A DNA stretch of 55,787 bases, the filler included, from Jimgerdemannia flammicorona (lineage: Eukaryota): assembly GCA_003990765.1 (NCBI GenBank). It is 3 parts of 3 records of this genome, joined end to end, with 100 filler letters (N's around TTAATTAATTAA, not from the genome) between each part and the next. Parts side by side here need not be neighbours in the genome. Positions count along the whole stretch, not along the records: positions 37,264 to 55,787 come from RBNJ01002190.1; 2 more parts are not named here. One strand, 5' to 3'. Made by a program: the position numbers and the translations under genes. This document shows, one piece after another, positions 44,890 to 55,787 of the stretch. The notes under the pieces are model-generated. The model worked only from the letters and a program-made list of their open reading frames with translations, was not told where the DNA came from and searched no databases. How positions within the stretch are numbered: the first letter of the stretch is position 1; each line of letters starts with the position of its first letter.

Positions 44890-46782
44890 TGTAACAAACC
44901 AAGATATATCACCTGAATTATACCTTAGTCAGATGATGTGAACAATTAGTCAAGATGATATGAATATACAGCATAGTAACTAGTAACCATTACTACAGAA
45001 ACTATATAATTAGCCAGATATACCATAAAGGGTCTGTTTACCTGTACAAACTCTGTACACCATATAAACTCTGTACACTGTACAGGTCCTGTACACCATA
45101 CAGACTCTGTACACCTGTCATAAGTAGCAAACCTATAGTTAGCCACATAGCAACCAGATAGCAACCAAGTTATATAAATTACTCCAGAGACAAGAGTGAA
45201 TAAACCTCAGTCTGAAAGTTGAATACAAACCAAAGCAAAAGTCAATTATCTGATACACTTAGGAGAAATACCTGCCAAAAGCCACTTGATCCAGAAAGGA
45301 TTGCAACACTTAGGAGATATGCTTGCCAACGAGCCACTGCCAAGAAGTTGTGAGCTTGGTTCTTTTCTCTTCCACTCTGGTCTACTTTCCAATATAAAGA
45401 ACAAGTCCATTTTTGGTTTGCTTGCCAGATAAGCCTGAAGTTTGCTGCCCAAGTTCAAGGAAGAACTTCACTGCCTTTTCAGTTATCTGCTATTTCCCAG
45501 TTGAAAGCCACCGATTCAGAAGAATCCACATCATCCGAGTTATTTCCAGAAGCCCACCGATTCCAGAGAATCTGCATCATCCACCCTTTTCAAGTTATCC
45601 ATATTCCCAGAAGAGCCCAATTCAGGAAGAATCCGCACCATCCAAGTAGTATTCCCAGTTGAAGCTGATTCAGAAGAATCTGTGCCACCCGAGTTATTTC
45701 CCAGAGAGCCATCAATTTAGGAAGAATCTGCGACATCCGAGTTACCTGAGTTCTTGAATTATCCACCTCCTACGCCATCTGAAGTTATCTATACCAATCC
45801 AAGTTATCTGTTATTCCCAGTGAGTCCGAGTTATTGAGTTATCTGCCAGAAATCGCATACTTTTAGAAATCGTCATGCTACATGGAGATCATCACGCAGA
45901 GATCACCGCTACCCAAGAAGGAAACCACCAAATTGCCAGATCATCACACAGAAGAAACCCGCACTATATAAGAGATCATCATGCCAGAAATCACATACTT
46001 TTGGCAAAGTGTCCCACGCATGAGGAGGCTAACGTGAGATGAATAGTGTTCTATATAAAATGAATCTAATGTGGGACATGGGTTTGGCTCAAAGGAAGCA
46101 TACACTTCTGAAGGCCCGCCAATCGCATTCATATGTGAAGAGGCCAGGCACACATTTATTGTTCCAAAGGGGGATGGATGGGAGGGGTGCATGAAATTGA
46201 TTGATACGAATTACTAACAACGATTGCTAGAGTATGTTGAGGGAAATGTGTGGCCGCTGCCTAACTCTTGGGCATGCGGTTGGAGCTCGGGCTAGCTAAG
46301 GTAGGGTGCAGAAAGCGATTGAAACTGACTAAGCTAAGATGGTGGATTGCATGATTACGTTGCATGAATGTTTAAGCACATGGTAGGGTGCAGGAAGCGA
46401 TTGAAACTGACTAATCTAAGATGGTAGTTGCATTGCGCGATGAATGTTAGATGCACAAGTGTTAAGCGCAATGACCACTTTGCTGCATTTTGAACTACGT
46501 TCACAACTATATGGACTGCCTTACTATACAAAATTGTGGCATTCCCAGTTGACCCAAGAAGGAAACCCATTCACATACAAATTGCCACTATACCCAGAGA
46601 ACTGCTCCAATAAGGAAATCACTCACAGATATCCAGCATTTGACTATTATATCACTAAACACTAAGGACCACAGGAATCTTAGAACATTTTGTTGCTTTT
46701 TGATAAAGTAACTGGGGGCTCAAGCCAAACTATATCAACCCCCAACCTTGAAATTTGCCTCCATTGAGCCAGGCATGTTACA
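44890..46782 (+). repeat. 3' LTR of copy A2 (1893 bp, including a ~0.5 kb foreign insert)
   Basis: TGTAAC...GTTACA. Its U5 end is nearly identical to 37299-37415. Confidence 0.92.
46003..46522. other. ~520-bp insertion in the A2 3' LTR, absent from the A1 and A3 LTRs
   Basis: LTR homology stops near 46000 and resumes near 46525. Contains an ~80-bp direct repeat (46300-46380, 46382-46457). Confidence 0.7.
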
Positions 46783-48003
46783 GTATATACATTGCAAAGG
46801 ATAATTTGATTTTATATGTAAATGTGGTTAACTGTCAGCCTACCAGCAGAAGCAATGATTATACCAATATTTAAACAGCATATGAAATAGGGAGTTTGAT
46901 TCTGGGATGTATAATGTTTAACTTTCCTACTATATCTTAACTAATATTTTTTTTTTGGAAAATTGCCATAAAATGAGCAGGTAAATGATCAAATCACAAT
47001 TGACCCATTTCAATATATAAATCAATACAAAATTGGAAAATTTGACTATGCCTATGAACAAATAAAATCAACACCAGTCAATGTGCATATCCAATTATAG
47101 GGAAATCAACACTATATCTATTTAGAGAAGTTCTGTTTCAACTCACACTTCCCAACTGGAAATATTGCTACAAAGCAAGGTTTTGTCAATTAATGCCAGA
47201 AGCAGTGGCTGAAGCCAGCATTGAAGAATTTACCCAATATCTCCCATTCATTAAATGACTGTATGTATGTGATTGATGTGTCTGCTGTCAAGCAAAGTAA
47301 AGTACATAAGTTTAGTAGCACTGCTACATGTATGAATTAAAACAATTCCCAGATGGACAAGACACCAAAGATTATAGTTTTTACTTTTAATAATTTAATG
47401 GACTATAAATTTTAAATTTTAATTAGAGGACAAAATAAAAAAAAAAAATAAGAAATACTATTTTTAAAAATAGCCAAATTAAGTTAATAAACTTTGTTAA
47501 TAATTATTTTAAATAAGTAAAAAGATTAACTATATATTTAAAATAAAAACAACCCTACAATAAATAGATTTATAAAATATGACTTATAAAAAATTTGTTA
47601 AATTATAATAAATAAAGAAAGAAACAAAATTTCCTATGCCTATACTGATAAGTGATGATAATGCCTACCAGGTGGTATGATCATGTGACTTTGTAATAGA
47701 AATTATGGTGTGAAGATTGAAAGAGGAAATGTTTCTATATGGAAAAGAGGTTGTGTAAATGTTGGGTATAGGTTTGGCAATAAGGAAGTATACACTTCCA
47801 GAGGCCTGCCAATTGTGTCCATATATAAAGAGACTAAGCACAATGATCATCAAGGATAAGCACTTTTAGTTGGCTCTGCATCTAAGCCATCAGAAGGGTG
47901 AGCATCTCAAGTTTTGGAGACCACAAGCATAGACTCCAAGGAGTGCTGATAGGTGTATCTTATCTCTTAGATATAGGAGTCCCACCTGGTCTTTTCAGCA
48001 TAG

Positions 48004-49330
48004 TGTGACAATCCATAAAAATGCAGTACCAAAAACTTAGCCAGATGACACAAATATTAGTAACTGGCAACCATTGCTGTGGAAAATGTATAAATAACCC
48101 AGATAGCTAAAGAAGGGAAAAACCCTGACAGTGGCAGTCACTCTGACAGTGGCTGTCATTCTGACAGTAGCTGTCACCCTGACAGTGAATGTCACCCCAT
48201 AAATAGCATTCTATAGTTAGCCAGATAGCAACCAGATAGTAATCACAATGTATAAAATACCCCAGAGACAAGAGTGAATAAACCTCAGTCCGAAATACAA
48301 ATACCAAAGAAGCCTCTAAAGATTGAGCATTGGTCCCCTTTCCACTTCAGTCCTCTTTCCAATACAAAGCTTGAAGATTTTGCCACCAAATTCAAGTGAA
48401 GAACTTCGCTGCCTTTTGAAGAGAATCCCACTGCTTAAGGAATAAGCCGTGCTATTGGTTTGCTTGCCAGATAAGCCTGAAGTTTGCCACCAAGTTCAAG
48501 GAAGAACTTCACCGCCTTTTGAGTTATTTGCTGCATTCCCAGAGAGCCTTGCCACAAGCCAGTCCTTGACGCAACTTCGCAGTGATCCGTTCGCGCAAAC
48601 GAAGCCAGTCTAGACGTAACTTGCAAAGAACCCGAGTTATTTCCCAGTTGAAGCCGATTCAGGAAGAATCCACGCCACCCAAGTATTATTCCTAGAGAGC
48701 CCAAGTTATCTGCGACATCTGAGTTATTCATTATTCCCAGTGAGCCCAAGAAGAATCCACTGCCAGTACAATTCCCAGTAAGAAGAATCTGCCACCAGTA
48801 CAATTCCCAGTAAGAAGAACCTGCGCCATCATCTATTCCCAAACCGCGTTTTTGGAAAATCAACGCCAAATCAAGTTATCCACTAAGATTACCAGATTGC
48901 ATCACATAAGGAATCCACTCACACTACACAGGATTGTCACGCAGAGATCATCACACTACACACGAAATTCTACCAATTCCCAGTTGACCCAAGAAGAAAA
49001 CTGCCAAATTGCTAGATCGTCACACATAAGGAACCTGCCACACTACACAAGAGATCATCATGCAGAAATCAGAGATTGTCACCCAAGAAGGCGAACTGCT
49101 CAATTGACAGATTGTCACCCATGCACAAATTGCTGCTACACCCAGAGAACCCATCCCTATAAGGAAATTGCTTGCAGATATCCAGTATTGACTATTATAC
49201 CACAAAACATGAAGGAACTCAGGAATTATAGAACATTTTGTTGCTTTTTGACAAAGTAACTGGGGGCTCAAGCAAAACTACATCAACCCCCAACCTTGTA
49301 ATTTTCCTCTATTGTGTCAGGCACTTTACA
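48004..49330 (+). repeat. 5' LTR of copy A3 (1327 bp)
   Basis: TGTGAC...TTACA, homologous to the A1 and A2 LTRs and followed by TT-TGGGGGCTCAACTGGGAAT. Confidence 0.85.
48123..48197. repeat. 18-bp palindromic tandem repeat (4 units) in U3
   Basis: CTGACAGTGGCTGTCA(C/T)n units, with TGACAG/CTGTCA arms. Confidence 0.88.
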
Positions 49331-49349
49331 TTTGGGGGCTCAACTGGGA

Positions 49350-52300
49350 ATGATTTCAAAATCAACATAACTTTTCAGCTCACAAGAACCCACAGTCAAA
49401 CTGGATACATTTGACACAACACCAACCTCTGCCACTACAGGAGAACTAGTCATCACCAGTATTTGGATAGGAAAAGAAGTAATCACATCAAGACTTGCCA
49501 ACTACTCAGCATCAGAAGGATCCCAACCAGAACCAGAAGGCAGTGCAGCCTAAAATCCTCAACCAGATCAACCAGATCAACCAGACAATATAGACAGTCC
49601 TGCTAGAGATTTTGAAGAACTAGTACAAGAACTAGAAGATTTTATTACATGAATCTGAGACCTTACAGCCAGATGCCCCATACCAGTCCTACCAATTTCA
49701 CTAATAGAACCTTTACCACAACTCCTTGCAGAGTTGGAAGTAGCTTCTATAAGAATACCTAGACTTATTCCACTTCGTCCAAGGTCCAGAACACCATTCT
49801 CAAGATACCCAAGCACCCCTATCTCCAGTGACAGCTCAGAAAGTAAATTAGAATCTGAATCTGAACCTGAACCAGAATCAGAAGAAAGTGATGAAGAAAT
49901 GGCCACCTCACTGCAAACCTTTGCAGGATACCCAGAGGAAGACCCCAGAGAATTCCTTGATAGAATTGAAGAAATCACAGCCTTGAGAAATCTCTCAGAT
50001 AAAAGAAAAATCACCATCTACAAGACTCAGCTCAGAGAACCAGCAAGAGGAATTTTCCATTGAACAGCAAACAACCCAGATTCAGAACTGGTAAGACAGA
50101 TACAAGCAGCAATGTCTTATGAGCTAGAATATGAGGCCATGGTCCACTGGCTTATTGAAAAGTATGCAGGAAATGAAACCTGCCACAAGGCTCAGGAATC
50201 CATCATAGGAATGAAGATGAATCTTAGAGAATTATCCAGAGCCTTCTTTACAAGAATCCAGAAGAGAATGCATGCTGCCAGGTTCAATGCCACCAACCAG
50301 GACATCATTGGTCCAATGACCTTCATGAATGGAATTCCCCCAAACATTGCCCAGCATGTTTGTACCCTAGGCATCAGAAGGTCCAAAGAGTAAGTAGATA
50401 CAGTCCAAGAATTCTTTGATGTCAGACAAGAAACTATCTGGAGTGATCATGATAGGAAAGAAGAGAAAGAAGACATCCTGGTCAAATCTCTACAAGGACT
50501 TCTTCAAGAACAAGAAAGATCCAAGGAAAGAAGGCCAGCTAAGGAAGAAAAGAAGGACAGAAGTGAAGTCTGAGACCTTAGCTCTAAGTTGGACTAATTG
50601 TTTGGACAGATTGAAAAACTCACTATATGTGAAAATTGGAGCTACCAAAACAACAAAGGATATCCACCACAGAGGAGCCAAGGCTATCCACCAAGAGATA
50701 ACAGGAATTACCAGCAAGAAGAAAGAAGGTACTCTGTCTGAGACAGAACCCAAGTCCAATGCTTCCACTGTGGACAATTTGGACACTATGCCACTAAATG
50801 TGATAATATAAAAAGTGACCAAAGGGACACAGAACCACCAAACCAAAGGAATGATACTCAGTACAAGAAGACTGAAGTCCATCTTGTGGATGATTTCAAG
50901 GAAGCAAGCAACAGTGAAGACTATAGTGACCTAGACTTGTACCCTACCAAGGTTACCTCCTGAAAAACAGTTTACCCAGCAGAGAAAAGGAAGAGACCTG
51001 TGGGAAGGCCATCCAGGAACATCAGCAGAAGAATCATCCAAGAAGAAGGCGAAGAACATGAGGAAGAACAAGTAGAAACACCTCTCCAAACCCCCTCACC
51101 TTTTGTCTCTGAGACAAATGAGTTGCCACCAGAAGATGAAGAAATAGAACAAGAAGAACAGGAACCTGTTGTCCCAAAGCCCAAGAAAAAGTATACCCCA
51201 AAGACTATGCCTAGAGACATCTATAATGAAGTCTGGCAGAAGATCTAAGAGGCCAAGATGGAAGTCTCCCTCCTGTAGTTCCTGCAACTGACACCAGTTG
51301 GAGTCCAAAACAAATTACTGAGAACCACCAGGTCTAGCACTAGCTGAGTCCCAATCCCACAGAAAGAACCAGTTCCCATCCCTGTCCAGGCAGCTGAAAG
51401 ACATGTCAGTATCTATCTATATAGAGATATTGGAGGACAAAAGGCGAAGATCTTCATAGACATAGGAGCAGCTTTCTGTGTCATTACCAAACAGTTCCTG
51501 GACACCCTCCAATGGCCCATTGATGGACCATTCAACCTCAGCATCATAGTAGCAGATGGATCCTGAACCCAACCCCTTAGAGAAGTACGAAATATCACCA
51601 ACACATTCAGTTCTCCATCCCCAAAGCTGTTGTCACTGAAGCTGTCACCTATAATATAATTCTTGGCACTAACTGGATGAAGGGAATGAATGCAGTTGTT
51701 GATATTGATCAACAAGTACTCAAGTTTGATTACTGAGGCAAGAAGTATAGAGTTAAGGTGACCAGCTATGAGCAATTGAAGAAGAAGAAGAAGATCACTA
51801 TTCAGAAAGAATATGCCAGTAGTGAATAGTCTACTACAGAGGTGGAAGAAGACTCTGAAGAAGGAAATTATCCCAGACTCAACCCCCAAATTAACCTGGT
51901 GGATGATAGACCAGAGGACAATGTATGGGCCAAGAACTCTGTCCCCATCACCATCAGAGCCATTGCAAGAGAAATCAAAGAATACCCTACCTGCCTCAAG
52001 AGATACAAATGTCCTGAGCATTCCTTCAAGATTATAGGAATAAGGAAATCACCTGGCACAGCCTGCTCAGAGTGCAGAAGGAAGAAGAAGAAATACAGAC
52101 ATGTTCCAGAAACACCTGCAACCAAAGCTGCAGAAGTACAAGCAATTTGGGGTCAAGAATCATCCAAGGGAGAAGAAACTTCTGACCAAGAAGTTCCTGA
52201 AGAAGAAGTACCTGAAAAAGAAGAGGTCCCTGAACTCATTCCCTGGGATGACCCTTACTGGACACCACCTGAAGACAATGACCCTTGGAATACAGAAGAA

Positions 52301-55300
52301 GGATCCAGTACAATTACCATTATTCCCAAGAAAGAAACTCACCAAGAAAACCCTTTTTGGCTAGGAAGATGTCCACACCAAATGGTCTTCCACTCTCCCT
52401 GAGACTACTGCTATCAGTGCCATTTACTAGACCAATAGAAGAGACAGAGACCCCAGAGACCAGAACCCCCAAACACACTTATAAAGTCAACTAGCTTTCA
52501 AGAAGTCACCACTAAGTTGCAAAGCTGATTCAGGGAGCAAGGCTTCTTCACCCAGACAGAAATATATCTCTTGTCTAATCTTCCATCCACCTATGACCAA
52601 GATGAGTACTGATTCCCAAGACAGCAAGAGATCAATAACTGAGAACATCATTTCTGAGCAATGGAATATTGCAACCATAGAAGACACCCTGACTGCCGAG
52701 ACTGCAGACATTCTCAGTCATGATGTTGCAATCCATACTTTGAAGAAAGGAGATAACTGAAGCCAGATCCAAAAAAGCCAGATCAAAAAGCCAGGAAAAA
52801 GGATCCTCAAGATCTATGATTTAGGAGAAGACATCCTAGCTCTCATTAGACATACAACCCACCAAGGATGGGCAGAAGATGCCACCAACTTTATGGAAGC
52901 CCTTGATCCTACAGGAAGAAGAGGAATCAACTATCTCTGAGACCCCTCTACTGGAGCCAGATGGCCACACCTCAACCTTAGAGCTTAGAGGCTCCCCACT
53001 AGTGGAGCTTCAGCCTTAGGAAAGCCTGAACTCTGCAAGGATATTGCCCAGTATGCCCTGCTGCACCCCAAGGCCAAACCCCTGACCAAAGTCCACCCAG
53101 AGGATGTAGGATATGATCTTCACAGCCTGGAGGATGAATCTATCCAGCCTGGAAAAACCTTCATGATCAGAACCAGATTAGCCATACAACCACCCCAAGG
53201 AGCTTACATCCAACTGACCTCAAGGTCTGGACTTATCAGACAAGGAATAACCATGGAAGGAGGAACCATTGACCCAGGATATATGGGCGAAATCAAGGTT
53301 ATCATATACAACAGCAGTACAGAATGGCACCAAATCATTAGAGGACAGAAGATTGCCCAAGCAGTCTTCATGAAAGTCAAGACCCCACAGTTACAAGAAG
53401 TCTCTGAACTAACTGAAGAAACAAGACAAGCCAAGGGATTTGGAAGTTCAGACAGGAAGAAAGTATACCTTCTTCAAGTCAACCACCTCAAGAGGAATGT
53501 TTCCCAGCAAGTGTACCAGCAACCAGTCAGACTGTACAAGAATCTTATCCTGGAGCTTGGAAAACAAACAACCTTCGAAATCTTTGCACCACTTGACCCC
53601 AGAAACCTTTTCTTTGAACCCAAGGAAGATATTCCCCATCTGGATATAGAGGGACACACATTCCCCAACAAGATGAACCCAGTACACTCCCAAGCAACCA
53701 ACCAAAGTTGGGAAACCATCATCTTGCCAAAAGGAACCATCAAAGGACACCTGGTACCTTTTCTCAACTGAACTCATAGAGAAGTTTATGAATTAAACCT
53801 ATCAGAAAACAGCAAAAGGTCCCAGAAGAAAGGAAAGGCCCTTCTGCGACCCAGGAGACAGTGAAGCCTTCCACCAACATTGGAGAAAAATTGACACCTC
53901 AACAACAACAACAACTAGTAGAACTTCTCAAAATATATCAAGATATCTTCACTACTGATTATGGCAACCTACCATACAATCCATCATATCACTATAGCAT
54001 AAATATAGGAAATGCAACACCCATCTGACAGAAACCCTATAGAATACCCCATTACTTGAAAATATTTGAAAAGGAGCACATCCAAGAACTCTTAGACAAT
54101 GGAGTCATCTGACCCTCTACCAGCCCCTGGGCTAGCCCTATACTTATTATACTGAAGAAAGGAGGATGCAGACTCTGTGTGGATTACAGGAAACTCAATT
54201 CAGTCACTGAAAAGGATACCTATCCTTTGCCCAGAATCAATGACCTTTTGGATCAGTTACAAGATATCAGATACTTCAGCAGTATAGACCTCTTCGCAGG
54301 TTTCCATGAAATCCCCATAGACCCAAAAGACATTCAAAAGACAGCCTTCCTTGCTCTAGGAAAACTGTTTGAATATCTCCAAATGCCCTTTGGACTTTGC
54401 AATGCACCCCCACCTTTCAGAGGATGATGAATTCAGTCTATAGTCCCCTGATCCACCACTGCCTGATTGTATACATGGATGATTCCAACATCTATTCAGC
54501 AAATTTTGAACACCTGCACCACCAAGAGAAATTCTTCAAGCTCACCCATAATAACCACTTGAGGCTGAATGCAAAGAAATACTACTTTGGGAAACAGAAA
54601 CTCGAATTCCTTAGATTTATAGTTTTGAAAGAAGGAACCCATGCAGATCCAAAGAAAACTGAGAAGATCAACAATTGGCCAGTATCCAAGACCCCAAAGG
54701 AAACACTATCATTCTTGATACTAGTATCCTACTACAGAAGGTTTATCAAGGATTTTGCCCAAATTGCTGCCCCAATCTATTTCCTTCTCAAGAAAGGAGT
54801 ATCATTCAAATGGACAGAATCACAAAAAAAAGCCTTCAAAGAACTCAAGAACTGCATGACTACAGTACCAATCCTAGTGCACCCCAATCTACAGAAGCCA
54901 TTCATCTTGTATACAGATGCTTCTAAAGATGGCCTCAGAGCAGTCCTAGCTCAAGAAGGACCTGACCAACAACACCATATGATAGCTTATATAAGCAGAG
55001 CTACTAATCAACAGCAGATGAACTATGGTAGCACCAAACTGGGATGTCTTGCAGTCATATGGGCAGTCACCCTGTTCAAGCATTACCTCATCAGAAAAAG
55101 GTTCACTCTGATCACAGACCATACAGCCCTCAAATGGTTATTCAATCACAAAGATCCCAATGGAATCCTAACCTGCTGGATCCTTATCCTTCAGGATTAC
55201 AAAATCACCATTATCCACAAAGCAGAGAAAGCCCACAACAATGTTGATATACTTTCCTGCCAACCCTAATAAACCAGAAGAAGGGTGTCCCAAGGAACTA

Positions 55301-55772
55301 CACCCTAAAGGAAGCTCCTCAGACCATCAAGATACAAGAAGATCTCATCTGTAAAGAACATCAGAAAGTCCACCAAGGACAAACAAGTACAGAAGACAAG
55401 ATTTGAAAACAATACCAATATTGGCCCTACCTCAGAATACAAGTCTGAGACATTATTCAAAAATGTGACACCTGCCAGAAGTACCAAGGAAAGGAGAACT
55501 ATCAAGCCCCTCTGCAACCAATTCCCCCACCCACTCACATCTTTCATTGATGGGGAGTAGATGTAATTGGACCTCTACCAGTTATACTAAGAAGAAATAA
55601 ATACATCCTTATATTTGTGGAACATCTGACCAAGTGGCCTGAGGCTTTCCCAATGGAAATCACAGATGTCTTAACTATTGTAGGCCTTCTTCATGGACTC
55701 ACACTCAGATATGGATCCCCAGAAGAACTCATCTCTGACCAAGGCACAGAATTCATCAATAATATAATCATA
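49350..55772 (+). pseudogene. Gag-pol of copy A3 (many stops and frameshifts)
   Basis: CFHCGQFGHYATKC near 50760-50800, the dUTPase motifs, YMDD, YTDASKDG and ITDH. Confidence 0.92.
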
Positions 55773-55787
55773 TTTTTTTTTTTTTTT
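55773..55787 (-). other. PolyT, probably a LINE tail interrupting the integrase; contig end
   Basis: An abrupt T-run follows ...GTEFINNII. Confidence 0.55.

Larger units (their letters stand above)
37299..46782 (+). mobile_element. Gypsy family A, copy A2 (end of 5' LTR through the complete 3' LTR)
   Basis: U5 end at 37415, PBS from 37418, gag, PR (ILIDTGAAVC), dUTPase, RT (YMDD), RH, IN, ORF3, PPT and 3' LTR. Confidence 0.95.
48004..55772 (+). mobile_element. Gypsy family A, copy A3 (5' LTR to integrase core)
   Basis: LTR, PBS 49333-49351, gag, PR, dUTPase (ORF 53163..53771), RT/RH (ORF 54397..55269) and start of IN. Confidence 0.95.

Noticed and set aside
46783..48003. Possible host gene or DNA transposon in the AT-rich spacer between A2 and A3
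   Set aside because: I found no recognisable motif, long ORF or convincing TIR/TSD pair.
5265..49330. Pairing LTRs of A1, A2 and A3 into a single element, or A2-A3 as a shared-LTR tandem
   Set aside because: A1 is on another contig. A2 and A3 have different U3 arrays and are separated by about 1.2 kb of unrelated DNA.

Overview
This window is eukaryotic, most likely fungal, and consists almost entirely of nested, decayed transposable elements. I can support no intact host gene, RNA gene or CRISPR array. It is not one locus: three contigs (1-18535, 18636-37163, 37264-55787; 18535, 18528 and 18524 bp, in descending size order) are joined by artificial 100-bp N44-TTAATTAATTAA-N44 spacers. Contents: (1) three copies of a Ty3/gypsy family 'A' with a tRNA-Pro-type PBS, 1.3-1.9 kb LTRs and the order gag-PR-[~450 aa Cys/His-rich insert]-dUTPase-RT-RH-IN, plus an extra env-position ORF joined to pol by an ATGA overlap; (2) an unrelated gypsy family 'B' with an iMet-type PBS and its dUTPase before the protease; (3) a complete DD34E Tc1 element with ~210-bp TIRs and TA duplication; (4) several L1/Tx1-like LINEs, one full-length with a 16-bp TSD, sharing a 3' AATAAA-hairpin-polyA end; (5) three DIRS tyrosine-recombinase retrotransposons with ITR/ICR ends, inserted into one another; (6) an unexplained 821-bp single-ORF cassette flanked by a perfect 16-bp TSD. 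Coding regions are CpG-depleted and full of C-to-T stops, while LTR cores keep their CpGs. The best novelty candidates are the accessory-domain/ORF3 architecture of gypsy family A, the 821-bp cassette, and the PBS-complementary repeats inside the family A LTR. Domain boundaries are approximate and were read by eye.
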